Below, piece by piece: positions 46,001 to 58,300 of a stretch of DNA of 64,000 bases. Numbering within the stretch: the stretch's first letter is position 1; every line of letters begins with the position of its first letter. The stretch comes from Hormiphora californensis. Its lineage: Eukaryota; Animalia; Ctenophora. The notes beneath the pieces are model-generated. The model ran no database searches. It was not told the origin of the DNA and was given only the letters and a program-made list of their open reading frames with translations. The translations under genes were made by a program, and so were the position numbers. Where the stretch lies: NCBI GenBank assembly GCA_020137815.1, contig CM035356.1, forward strand, positions 124,001-188,000, written 5' to 3'.

Positions 46001-47573
46001 CGTGACAAGGAGCTTACCTTCGAAGTCCTTCTTCGTTCCACTTTCATACTGGGGTGCCAATCCCGACATTCTATCCTGTAACAGTGGCGCGAGGATCCGA
46101 TCCACCAAGATTTGGCTTCCTGGATTTGGCTCAACGAGGTCTCCCAAGATCTGCCCAACTTAGAAAGAGACAGGAACACCAGGCTTGTCTTGTCTTGAAA
46201 AGAGGGGGATTGAGCAGAAGTCTTAGAAGAGTAACGAGGAGCAGTTGAACGGAACCTCAAATTAATTTGTTTAAAGTAGTGTTGAAAAGTTAATAATAAA
46301 TAATAATAAACAATGTTCCCTCAAACACTTATCACTAGTTATTTTCCCTACGTACCTATAATTTCCAGCATCTGTGTATTTGCTTTCAGCTCCTTTTCCT
46401 CGATGTATTCCACGACTTCTTCGGTAGTCAAACCCTCCAAACGGTTGATCGCCTCCCCTACAGCTAACCGGTCTGATTCGAGAACATGGGTAGGCGGGGA
46501 TGGGGACCTTGATGGAATCGGCAGTCTCTGGGGGCAAGGGGGGGGGGGTTAAAAATAGGTAATAAAAAACATTCGACACGGCCAGTGTTATTGATAAGAT
46601 TTCACGTTGATAATTTTGGGAAGTCTATATCACTAATAATTATAGCTAATTATACTTATTACCCCTGGATCATCAAATGGATCATGAAGTATGACGGTGT
46701 GGTTTATCCGGATATCTTGGTATGGTCTTCCCTTTTCATCACAATACGATTCATTGATCTGCCATATAACATCCTCACCTGGAAACAGCTGAGTTAGAAA
46801 CGGGAAGCAAAACCTGAACAAGTTAGCCCCCTCTTTCTCAAGCTCCCCCAAACTAATTTCTTGATTTATTATACCTTCGGCGATAGTTCCAAAGACAGTA
46901 TGGACCCCATCCAGTGTGTCAGCACAGTCAGTTGTTGTTATCAAGAACTGAGATCCATGCATTCCATTACCTGAGTGATAGAAAGGGCTGTGCTACTACC
47001 CCTCCCTTTATCGCACATTTCAGGGATAACAGGCTATCATGGAAAGTCTGGTTTGTTGCCTCGTTACTATTAGAAAGGTTACACAACTTCTGACCTACCA
47101 TCATTGACCATGGAAACAGTTAGCCGGTTGGTATGCTTCAATTTAGGGACAGTTTCCCGTTCAAAGAACTTAGCCTGCTCTCCATAGACCAGTCTGAATA
47201 TAGAACTGCCTCCCTTATCATCAATATCACCTGGATAAAGGGGTCACACGTTAAATGCAGCTGTAAGAGTAACATCACTCATTGTATGATCAATGGTACG
47301 GATTTGGAAATCACCATTGTCATTGTTAGTAAGAAGCTATCTCAACTAGAAGAATTTTGAAGGCACATGACCACTTGGCATGGATTCCTAGATTTAAAGA
47401 CTGTTTAACTCACCGCACTGAATGATAAAGTTCCGCTGAACATTATGTACCGCACAGAAGTTATACATTTTCAATTTGCACAGCTTGATAAAGTTCAGGG
47501 AGGTCCTGGGCCGCTCCTCTGTGAATAGGTCAATGACAATGTCGCCCAAGGTAGTTTCGAGTAGCACCGACAT
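40059..47573 (-). CDS. PPIL4: Cyclophilin-RRM protein PPIL4; the charged tail shows two apparent frameshifts
   Basis: [24 protein letters not shown]; GSQFLIT; [20 protein letters not shown]; [15 protein letters not shown]; [40 protein letters not shown]. Confidence 0.93.
41846..44806 (-). CDS. LINE ORF2: APE endonuclease + reverse transcriptase, 986 codons, no AUG before the first EN motif
   Basis: LNVHSI, QET, GDFN, SDH; [41 protein letters not shown]. Confidence 0.95.
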   Translation of the reverse strand: MGGTEGKETWRVGTLNVHSIMNKTSGVIAHLEDMECDICLIQETYLKTSDTAKLQEIRDYGWNIFSSPRAERAGGGIGILYRDGVKMKLPPVRKFKSFQIQEILIGKGMDLTRICNVYRPPYTGKARFTEAKFLEEFTDYLSELVLKTGLPLIMGDFNFQWQDRDNFYTKKLAELLDSHEFSQLVPRQPTHNRGGTLDLVICPKEVEEKVKSVEIHPEGTESDHFLVLSEVVLETKVGNLQQRDRVNTYRDFKSVDPVLFMKALRGSGLEGRFDLDSPDDLFEIYEREMKELVDSFVPLKRRKKVKKVRPWRDNDDVRDALRRRRTAERAWRSKKTPVTKMQYNVMKKMFSRVDKEARTNYLKEDLEESKGDSKALQRKLNRLLGNSEVLLPDVDCDRKLAEDFADFFTGKVEKIRNSVKADVDFPAEDVDSLVDLDKDCILEEFREVSEDEMKRIIKNMSDKTCDLDLIPTWLIKECVDVFAPLFTKIINSSIRQGIVPELFQQALVFPTIKNPYGDRDSLSNYRPVSNLPFVSKVLEKVVLDQLNQALNENDLLNSHQSGYRVGHSCETLLMGMFDDLLQEMDKGNVVALLLLDMSAAFDTVDHAKLVDVLRRRFGIRGTALKWFTSYLGLRNFRVNVRGELSKIIYLICGVPQGSLLGPVLFLLYVEELQDLVHKYGLKIKLYADDSQIYVSLVPLDESGWSITRRKVEECLDQIKTWMVQHWLKCNESKTELLLLGKSSAIDKLAFEPCIRFGDADIYPVDFTGTTGKTLGIYMDENLTLERQVNSVRRNCGMLLRNLWQVHRCLDFSTRILLVKQLVISRLDYCNVLYGGLPMKLISRLQKVLNSCIRFIYGLHGHQEDYLPYMRETHILPVEQRVIFKACLMAYKIVHGSAPDYLIEQIPTDIVDVTCRTRSTAVPDPYKLQYPKLSSINANSKLRKRRPSVLLPDLWNALPLELRSRPAVESFKTGLKTRLFVDAFGSG
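44761..46069 (-). CDS. LINE ORF1 with CCHC zinc knuckles, one frameshift near 45425
   Basis: [25 protein letters not shown]; the two overlapping ORFs join at SPF/WNVTPF if one base is removed. Confidence 0.8.
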
Positions 47574-49003
47574 ACTAGCTATAAGGATGGAAACGTTTGA
47601 GTTGTTGTTCTAGTGAACGTATCACATGCTAGAGTAGGACAAAGGGGATAGGAGAAGAGTGGGTTACTGTTAGGGTGCTCGAGTTAGAAATGGGAATTAT
47701 GTACACGTAGAGAAAGAAGTGAGGAGGATTTGCTATAGGGAGGTACATATTGCACTATTATTATAACATGTGAACGCATGGGGTGGGGATGTTAGACGTT
47801 CATATGTGGGTGGGTGGTTGTTAGGCTTGTTCAGATTTGCGGGTTCGTCACCCAGGGAATCTCAAAACACAGTGGTTCACCAAGTTCGCAACTGTTTTGG
47901 GGGATCTCGTACACAAGGTTCATCATTCACACATTCACGCATCACAGAGATTCATAAACACGATCATATCAAAACTCAGGAACGGTCGATCACACTGACG
48001 AGACACACACACGATGTTCGGTAGTGGGAGAGAGAAGAACCCCGAGAGAGAAGAATCTCCCGAGAGAAGAATCTCTCCTCTGTCTCTCTTCATTTCTGCT
48101 TAAATATCCCGTCAACAAAACAGTCACGTGACTTCTGTACCAGAAACAACAGGGGTACTACCAAAGTTTGCGACACGCTCTCCGGACTAGAACACCTTTC
48201 AAGTCAAGATGGCGGCCTATTCAGATTCATATATCTGAATAACTTTCCCTAAAAACTAATCTGAACTCTACTAGTAAAACCTGCCGATCTCACTAGCTCT
48301 CTCTGTCTATCAATGCATTCCACAGGTCTAACCGGGCTCTCTCAACACGTTCACATGTCAATAACATTCACATGTCAATAAGCACCAGGTCATATCTAGA
48401 ACTAAGGTAAGGAGACGGGGTGGACTTAGAGGTACGGGGGACATGGGTATCTCTCATATCCCACACATGGGAGGGGTGGTATTACAGAATGGCCAGTGGT
48501 ATGTGTATTGCGGTACTGTTATAACGGATGCAGCAAGAGAGGGTAGAAGCACGTGGAAAAGAGTGACCCCGTCTTCCCTGACTAATAGCTCTCCTCTTTC
48601 TCCCTCCCTCTCGCAAATCTCACCAGGAGAAACTCTCCCTGCACCATCCCTTTGTAATGTGCCAGGATTAACAAATATAAAGGCCGCCTATAACTTGGTT
48701 TTATTATAACACACCGGCAATACGACAAACCTCTCACCCTCGGCCACGTCAACTCTGTGATCCAACACTAAGCTTTCTGGCCAGCCCTGTTTGATTGTCA
48801 GTACGCTCAGATCGGCAACACCTGCAGACATGATTCACGCAATTAGCAATTACTCACCAGTGATCTGTCTATATTAACCTCTTCTATTTGTCTTCTTCTC
48901 ACTTCTGATTCTCCTAACTCCTTCATGGCTATCATTGTCGGTCTTGAGTGAACTAAATTAATCTTTTGTTGGAGTGTCTGGGATAGAGTGAGAGTGAGAT
49001 AGG

Positions 49004-49063
<60 letters not shown>

Positions 49064-49365
49064 TGTAAAACTAATTCGCCTCCTTTGTTTGAGTATCTCG
49101 CACTTTTCGTTCAGAATTCTCTCCTCTGACCTCACTGTGAGACCTTCAAAACATGCATTCTACTACCAATATCATCCATCCCTTTCAATAATGTAGTGAC
49201 TACTACGGGGAGGGAGAGTGAATATCTAATTGAACAACCACTGATCTCTTGATGATCATACAATTGCAATATTATATAGTGAGATAGCTTGTGAGATAAT
49301 AATATGGTCTCACTGTACATGTATTTCATTGGTGAATATCTTTCTTTCTTTCTCTCCCTCCCTCT

Positions 49366-49405
<40 letters not shown>

Positions 49406-50321
49406 GACATAGAGCCTCTAGATCTCTGCTTCTCTTCTCTCTGAAGTGGTTTAGTGCCCACTAAAAGCTATATCACCCTGTACTCATGCCTCCAATCACT
49501 CCTGCACACAACTCGACCACTTGTAGATGATTCTAGTAAGATACAAGGGTATAAAGTCGGATTTTTTGAAACTGTCACCCCCCTTTTCGTGCGCGGAATG
49601 TTTTTGCGCGTCACATCACATGTTAACGTGTGGTGTGCGCGTCAAAATTGATAAATTTCACATGCGCGGTCATTTTGGGGTGACAGTTTCAAAAAATCCG
49701 ACTTTATCTTTATATGACACATGCCGTTTGATATCTTAGATAGCGTCATGGACCTATCTCATCATTTTCCAACTGCCACTCACCAGTAATGATTAAATAA
49801 TAACTGTCTTCTTTTCATCTTTGGTGATAAAATCCCCTATTATGTTCAGGCTTCGTTTGCCGCTCTGCACGCGGCTGGTAGTGTAGGGCCCTACCAGCCG
49901 CACGCCCTAGAGGGTTGCTATGTTCTAACCCTCCCGGGGCGCCCGAAACACAGTCTAGCCAGGCAACTAAAGGGGTAACTGCGTCACCAATTTTCATCTC
50001 AACTTCATCTCTCCTTGTCTGCGTGCAGTAGACGATTGACAGACTGTAATTTCAGGATGCATTGCTGCCTCTCACAACTCTTACTTACCACGGACTAGTC
50101 TCTCTCTCCCTCTCTCTCTTGCTGAAAGCTCCTACTTACTCCTACATTCCCTGTGCTAATTTTATGTACGTATGAAAATAGTACACATTTGTACAGGATA
50201 TTATACTATCCTTGCTCCTCATAATATAATATTCACCACAAAGAATATAATACTCTTTCGATTTACCCTTTGGAATCTCTCTCCCTCGTTGGCAGTTGGC
50301 CTCCCAAGATTCTCTGATATG

Positions 50322-50403
<82 letters not shown>

Positions 50404-50992
50404 TGTTGAAATTTTGGTCTCCTTGATAGTGTATATAATAATATATAATACACGGCACACACGGTATAGAATCCATTTATCATTGTGATCAGAATATTCT
50501 ACTTTTAATTGTCATGTATTTCATCATACAGTCTCGGCAACACACGTTGTATTCACGATCATTAGCAATGCGAGATAGGCTGCGTTATATTCCTTCCCTG
50601 ATGCAAATCACACATGTACGCAATTTTGTACGGAAATGCATCGTTTCCAATCTTAATTCTCTCTCCCTTCCCATTCGCACAGTCGACAGTGATCTTCGTA
50701 TTTCTCGACTGTTCTTTTGTCTTTGTTGCGCTACTTCAATACCCCCCCCCCCCCCGTTAACATGGTGGTATGTGTGTTATTGAACAACATGTTGTGAACA
50801 CACATCATCGGATCTAGTGTAGTTATTGTCTTGGTTGTGTGAATAATTCATTATTATTATTGGTAGTGAGTATAATTACAGCTGTAGTATAGTAGTAATA
50901 GCAGCTATATCACAAACTTCAAGTACTATTGTTTTATTGTCGATGCTACTATGTGTTGAAATTGCCGAGCCGAGACTTGTTTAATTTTAGTG

Positions 50993-51090
50993 AGGAACCG
51001 ACCGAATCAGGAAATAATGATCCCTGATTGGCTGATAACCAGTCACGTGACCTAAATAACGAGTTCTGATTGGTTGTTTACTTGTGTCGG
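50993..51090 (-). repeat. Short dispersed repeat (reads QPIRTRYLGHVTGYQPIRD on minus)
   Basis: Flanked by a ~19-bp direct repeat ACTTGTTT(A/G)ATTTTAGTGA; recalled as a high-copy Pleurobrachia repeat (not verified). Confidence 0.65.
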
Positions 51091-51727
51091 ACTTGTTTGA
51101 TTTTAGTGATATAGATCCACACGGAAATTGGTTTGAAGATAATAGAGGAGAGACTGGAGTGTCATAGGAAGTTTCAATGCAATAATAACAGTGTTATTGA
51201 TGTTCCATTTCATAGACCTTTCCAAGGTGCTCTCCTAGTACACCATGTACATTCAGTACAAGTCGACAAACATTTCATTTGTACACACTATACCATTTCA
51301 AACTTAGCTTAAATAATTCCAAATGTATTATGTCACTTTAAATTGTCTCGTTTTCATTCCTAAGAAAGATTTTCTAAAACCTGCATATTAGCCATCTAGT
51401 CTTGGGTGGTCTCAACTCTCTGATCTCACTCTCCCAAGGCTATTAAAAAGGAAAGATGTGGAAAAGGGAGAAAATGTGGACTATTGTATGTGAGGCCTAA
51501 TGGACGGCTGCTGCGAGTGCAGTAGTCTAAATGGTATTGTCGGGGGCTAAGAGAGATAGGGATTCTTCAAAGAGAGAGAGAACACGCATTATACATAGGG
51601 TCAGACTGAGCAAGATGAGTGTTTAGCACCCTCACGGTAGTAGTAGCACGATACTCTCATAGGGGGGGGGGGTATCTTTGGATCTCTCTGTTCTCTCTGT
51701 GTACACAAAACCTAATTGTTTTACTAT

Positions 51728-52018
51728 TGCAACTCAAGTCACTTATTATAGGGGTTATGTATAATCCCGGATAACCTAGATAATAGGTATTTTCAGCAAA
51801 GCTATTTCAGCATATATACGAGCTGTAATACTCCGAAAATCAAGCCCAGATAGCTCGTATAACCCGGATATACCAGATAAGGGCGAGATAATCAGGCCCT
51901 GATATCCCGGATTTTCTAACGGGCTATCCTGAAAGTACTTATTATCTGGGTTATCCTCGAACTATCAGGGTTATCCGGGATTATACATACCCCCTATTAT
52001 AAGTGACTTGAGTTGCAA
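51728..52018. mobile_element. Foldback/MITE-like element
   Basis: TTGCAACTCAAGTCACTTAT..GGATAACC / GGTTATCC..ATAAGTGACTTGAGTTGCAA. Confidence 0.8.
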
Positions 52019-52247
52019 ATATTTTTCCTTTATCTCTATTCAGTTGATTACCATTGTTCTTAGTATTATCATGCTTATACTCATTGTTTGTTTTGTACCC
52101 CTTTCCAACGTCTCAGATGAAAGAAGGATCATATTTACACTCCATAGTCCATTATAATACTCAAACACTCCTTGTTTAGCGTCGTATAAACCAACAAGAA
52201 ATTCTATCCATAATGAACAACTACAAACTCAACAAACGGTGAACATC

Positions 52248-54891
52248 ATGGTGCACGAAGAAGAAGGAACTGTAGAGTGCGAGAGTATAACTCTAGTCAA
52301 CAACCACCAGGGGGATAGTGAATCAATTTCCTGTAATTATCCTAATGATAGGGAGATAATTACTCTAAATGTTAGTGGACTAAAGTTCCAAACTAGACGA
52401 GCAACACTACGAAGATTTCCATACACTTTACTAGGTAATTCTAACTTATTAGGTATGCTGCACGAATGTATATTCCATCGCTTCAGTGACACTATCAGGT
52501 TCTTAATGATCACCTGATGATTCGTTTTCCATCAGGGATTCCATGAAACATGTCTTGCCACCAAAATAAAAGTATTTCGTTAGTTCTTTAAATTCCAAAT
52601 TCTAAAGTTCAGTTAGTTGATAGATCTTGTTGCTAATTTCCATTTGTCAGAATGTTTCAATAATAATTTCAGGTTCGGCTGAGTTGGAGGAGTTTTATGA
52701 ACCTTCCCTTGACGAATACTTCTTCGATAGAGACCGCTCTACCTTTCCAACAATCTTAGGTAACATATTTAGTCTGTTGACTACTTTTCAACACTACTTT
52801 AAACAAATTAATTCGAGTACTGATGATTGGTGTCATTGACATCATGAAACATATGTTTGCCACAAGCTAAATTGTTTAAATTTGTAGTCAGTTGACTCCT
52901 ATCCTAAATTTATATTGAGCTAATCCCCGTTGTAGGCTATTACCAAAACAACGGAATCCTCTGCCTGCCATCATACGTAAACCCAGATATATTCGGGGAG
53001 GAGGCCAAGTTTTTCAAGCTCCCACCAGAGATCGTGTCTAGGTTCCACGTGGAGACAATGAACGAGATACAGAGACAGGCCGTGAATGGACAACAGAAAT
53101 GGGATTACCCCTACCAGAAGGAAATCTGGAGGGTTAGTACTCAATATTAGTGTGATTTCAAATAACTGATAAGTAATTACTCATTACATAATATACTCAT
53201 TACATATTATGTAACTACTACTAGATATTACTAGGTACATCACCATCATAGCAACAATTCAAATCACTGTTTGTTGAGTGACATTAGGACCCCGTTTTTC
53301 AGCTATTCGATGACCCCGAATCAGGGATTTGGGCCCGTGCCATAGCCTACTTTGACGTGTTTGTTATATTCTGTGCGGTAACAACACAATGTATTGAGTC
53401 TCTACCGGAGATAAGGAATTATGATAGCAGTATGACGGAGACAGATGCACGGCTAGTTGATGCTTATTTCAGGTACCAAGGGGTTTGCGTAGATTGGAAG
53501 ACAATTGTTACATGTTAGTTGTTACCTGTTCGAACCGTGTCCTTTTGACAATATTATATTCTCTAAAGCTGACAATCAAACTTTCCCAAGCGTGTGTGCC
53601 GATGATTATTGAAAATTAGTCTTGGCCCGGCGGTGACCAGAAAGTGCGTTTAGTTGGCAGGGCGGCAGCTAAATTTTAATTGCCAAAACATGCGTGAGAA
53701 ACAATTTAGCAAGCGACAAACCGATCGGGGGGGGGGGGGGGGGGGTTGCGTTATCAAATAAACTTTTGAGATAGTAAATGGTCCGTGTATATTTTGGACA
53801 TTAAATGTCATTTTCCGGGCTTCGCTTAGGCCTTAGAGATACTGGATCACCCTAAAATGTAAAACCCCCAACATTACACTGGTTGTAATCAATAGAGGGA
53901 GTTACATGTTGAGGGCATTATTACTGGAAATTCATTCTTTCTCGCTTTGATCTGAGCAAAGCGAGGAAGGGAAATCCAACCCCCTCCTCTAAGATGTACT
54001 AACCACCAAATTCCCTCTGCAGTTTAGGTACGATAGCATCAATAGCGAAGACGGTAGAGATAGTTGAGTACTTTAGTAACATCTGGTTCACCATAAACCT
54101 TGTATTCAGGCTGGTATCATGTCCCGACAAGAAAGAGTTTGTTAGAAGTGTCCTAAACTGGTAAGACCACATCATTTGTATTTTGTAACTAACACAAAAC
54201 AATCTGATTCTAAGTAGAGCAGAGAATTATGTATACACCAACATACCTTTTTAGCTGCACTCATTCCTTGTTGGCATTCAACCCAATAAACCACATCTCT
54301 CCCAGGTTTGATATCCTAGCCATCCTTCCCTTCTACGTTGAGCTCATCATTACCTCTCAACGTGATGCCCTCGGCTTCTTCACTGTTCTCCGGTTCTTCA
54401 GGACCCTCAGAGTGGTCAGGATTTTCAAGATGACACGATATTTCCAGGGTCTCTTCGCCCTTGGTTATGCCCTCAGCTCAAGTGCGGGAGAGCTTGTAAT
54501 CCTGTCATTGATGCTGGTGATATTCGTGGTTCTATTTTCATCTCTTATCTTCTTCACCGATAAATGTGATCCACCTGATTGCCCAGAGAATGGGTTTGAT
54601 AGCGTGGTGGCAGGGTTCTGGTGGAGTATTATAACGATGAGCACGGTGGGGTATGGAGATTATGTTCCAAAAACTCGATCTGGTAAGGTGGTAGGATCCA
54701 TGTGTGCCTTGACTGGCATCCTCGTCATATCCCTGCCCTTTCCACTAATTATCACACGGTTTAACCGCTTCATGAAACTGAAGTTAGCGAATAGAAAACT
54801 GACGATTGAAGACGGACAGGGTCCCACTGTTGATTCAATAGCACCCGAGTATGCGGGGGTGGCAGTAGATTTTAACAGAAAAAACATGTAG
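52248..54891 (+). CDS. Voltage-gated potassium channel (Shaker-superfamily Kv), 6 exons; start codon uncertain
   Basis: T1 domain (LNVSGLKFQT..FPYTLLG; EYFFDRDR), LFDDPES, S4 LRFFRTLRVVRIFKMTRY, pore WWSIITMSTVGYGD, S6 LPFP. Exons approx 52248-52434/52452, 52673-52759, 52936-53132, 53303-53472, 54022-54160, 54306-54891. Confidence 0.93.
52783..52884 (+). mobile_element. 102-bp SL-headed retroposed insert with hammerhead-like core
   Basis: SL-like 35-mer (one mismatch) 52783-52817; CTGATGA 52820-52826; GAAAC 52846-52850; flanking TAGTC(T/A)GTTGACT direct repeat. Confidence 0.65.
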
Positions 54892-55399
54892 TGAAAAAGT
54901 CCGAGATCCGAATATTGGGGAAATTGGCAGAGAGAGAGAGAGAGTTTATTGTTTCTGTTGCGATGTGTATTGCTGTAACTATCTTTTATTCATGTGTTAT
55001 TGATCATTCCGCTATAAAATAAACTGTGTTAGATTGAGATGTTATATAGAAAATACCGGTAATCGGCCCCAGTGCTGTTGGGTAAGGGTTGTATAGTTTT
55101 GAATTCTATCAAAGATTAAACAATGGGGGAAGGGGAGGTAACGGTAGTGCTTGTCAGCGCTCCCACACATCTGAGAGCGGTGGGTGCGCGCACTTAACAA
55201 GACCAGACACCCCGCGCGTTACAATCATCAACACTTATAAATCAGTGACAAACATTTGTCCCAAAAGAAACATGATTACATTTATCCTACCATAAAATAC
55301 AGAGTTGCACGCGTAAAATAACATTAAAAAACAAAAGAGTTTAACCTTAACCGTGTATAAAAGAATTTGTAGTCTCTCTCTCTGCAGCTACGTGTACCT

Positions 55400-58300
55400 T
55401 CACATTTCCCCAACAGTGTCAATAAGAGATTGAACGACGGCAGGTTCTGCCAGTGTTGAAATATCTCCAAAACTCTCTGTATCCGTCTCCCCTTTGGCAA
55501 TCTTTACCAAGATTCGTCTCATGATCTTACCACTTCGAGTTTTAGGCAAATTAGGCGTAATCTGGGAGAGGGGGAGTAACAGTAAATACTGCTTGTTATG
55601 ACAGAGGGTTGAACAAGGCAATAAACTGCCAAGTGTGTCGTGGACCTGTCACTACCAGGTCGTTTACTATTGTTGGGCTGATCATACGTGCGGTAAAAGT
55701 ACATACACTCTCTCTCTCACATGTCAAGTCACGATCAACATAATATATTTGCATAGCATCTTTCCAGATATCCGACAATTATTTCCCACTATCTCATCTC
55801 TCCCTCCCTCTCTCCCCCAGATCTCTGCCATTATTTCATATCATCTCTCCCTCCCTCTCTCCCCCAGATCTCTGCGTCTCCTCTCCATCTCTCACCCAGA
55901 TAATTGTTTTTCTCGACCTACCACAATGGCCTCAGGCCGGGAAAACTTTCCGATTCGTGTTGAAACCATTTCGCTCATCTCTTTTCTTAGGGTCACATGG
56001 TCAGTCTCTATTGCGTCTTTTAGGATAACATATGCAAAGATACCTGCAGGGGTTTATCAACTTAAATGAATTAGTTAGGAGCTATAATGGACTCCTAAAA
56101 ATTAAAATGTAATTCTACATACTTAGGTGTTCAGTGTTTACCAGGTGGTGACTGTGTGCGGGGAAAGCGATATATTTCAATTATAGGCCAGGCCCTTTTT
56201 GCAAATTTGGTGAACTGAGACATAACAGAGGTTTTCCACTCGCATTGTACTCCTATGGGGTCTCAGAAACACCAAAAAAAAAATTCCACTCCAACCTAGG
56301 TGAAGAAAGTGCCCAAAATGGCCACGCCCTTAATTGCCTGTATTTTCAGCCTCAACCAAAAATAGCAACTTTGCTTTGGATTGGAGTAGAGACAAAAATG
56401 AGGGCACTAAAATGTGTAGAATGAGCAGCAGAATCGATTGGGACCAAGCAGAAGTCGCTATCTTGTCAACTTCGAGAGATAATTGGATAATTAAGTATGC
56501 GCATAACCGTTTTTGAGCCATATGGCTATAGCCACTCAGGAGCGGTTTCGACAATTTTCCTTCACAGGAGCTTGTTCAGCATATAAAAATTAGTGGGGGT
56601 AACAAATATGAAGTTTCTATCGCATAAGGTCAATGCGTTATTCAACTTCAAAGATCAAAAAATGAGGGGAAAAGGAGGGAAAATGACCAAATTTCGACTT
56701 TTTCCTCTCATTTTTCGAACTTTGAAGTTGAATAACGCATTGACCTTATGCGATAGAAACTTCATATTTGTTACCCCCACTAATTTTTATATACTGAACA
56801 AGCTCCTGTGAAGGAAAATTGTTAAAACCGCTCCCGAGTGGCTATAGCCAATCGATTCTGCTGCTCATTCTACACATTTTAGTGCCCTTATTTTTGTCTC
56901 TACTCCAATCCAAAGCAAAGTTGCTATTTTTGGTCAAGGCTGAAAATACAGGCAAAAGGGCGTGGCCATTTTGGGCACTTTCTTCACCTCGGTTGGAGTG
57001 GAAAATTTTTTTTGGCGTTTCTGAGACCCCATAGGAGTACAATCCAAGTGGAAAACCTTTGTTATGTCTCAGTTCACCAAATGGCCCCAAAATGACAAAA
57101 AGCGACTGGCCTATTATTGCATTACCAGCTGCAATTAAAGTATAGAGTAGGAAAACATACATTGTAAAATTTTGAGATATAATATAATTCTTTAGGTAGC
57201 ACTGCTTGTACAACTTATAACACCCCCCAGTGTAATAAGTTTTCACTTATAACACCCCCCAGTGTTATAAGTTTTCACTTATAACACCCCCCAGTGATAC
57301 ATGAAAACTTATAACACTGTTGCACTTAGAAGTCCTTACTCCACTGTTTCTGTCACACTTAAAAACCGTTGGAAAGATAAGCGTGTACGAACTCCCTCTC
57401 TCTCTTTCTTTATGTCACACTCTCAAGCCGTTGCAACACCGAGATCAAGATAACAGTCACGAACTCCCAGACCCACACATTCTTTATCTCTCTCTCACTC
57501 TCGCTAATCTCTCACTCTCTTTACCTATAGATCTCAGGCGTTATCTTATCTCTGCCTACTACCTTATCATGAATTCGTTCTATTGTTACGCCCTAAACTG
57601 TCTCTCACTCTTGTTTTAAAAATTTTACAATGCAATTTTATTATGCCTATTTTCGTTGTACCTGACGTCAACAATAATGTCCCAGATTCTTACACTTTTA
57701 GACCTCGCAGGCTCGGTCAAAAAGTAAACTACATCACTCGCAGGCTCGTGAGGTAGTTACACTTAGTGGCACTCACAGGCTCGTGCACTATAGTACAAGA
57801 ATCTGCCTCGACCTGTGGTCTCGGATCATTATTGTTGCACTTATAACACTCGACCTTCGGTCTCGTGTTATAAGTTTTCAGGTACAACTTATAGGCATAA
57901 TAAAATCCTACATGACACTACAGCATGCAAGTTTTTGATGACTGATTTCTATCCTAATAAACCCGATCAGATCTCGCCGTCTCTATCTCACCTAATAGAT
58001 CATGTAGTCACTTACCCTCTCCCTTGATGTCGTGGGGTACGGGTATAACTGCACTTTCAGCAACTGCAGGGTGATCCACCAACACCCCCTCAACCTCGGC
58101 TGTCCCGATCCTGCGTGATATTCAATAATCAGGTGATGGAGAATCCTCTATCTAACTATGTAATGCGAAAAGGGGTAAAACACGATCCACCTAATGCATG
58201 TTGCTTAGCCCTTAGGCCAAAATATCCGTCATCAGATAAGATCACATCACCTTACCCAGGGTCAGATGATCCCTTTAGGATTGGATCACATCCCACCCAG

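Larger units (their letters stand above)
41332..46291 (-). mobile_element. Full-length L2-group LINE with SL at its 5' end, inserted sense in a PPIL4 intron
   Basis: SL-like 36-mer at 46291-46256, ORF1, ORF2, ~490-nt 3' UTR, (TTA)n tail; TAATAATAA on both flanks. Confidence 0.92.

Noticed and set aside
46200-46291. SL RNA gene or NeSL-like insertion into an SL gene
   Set aside because: A GT follows the SL here, but the other two copies lack it, no shared SL intron or Sm site is seen, and both flanks are PPIL4 intron.
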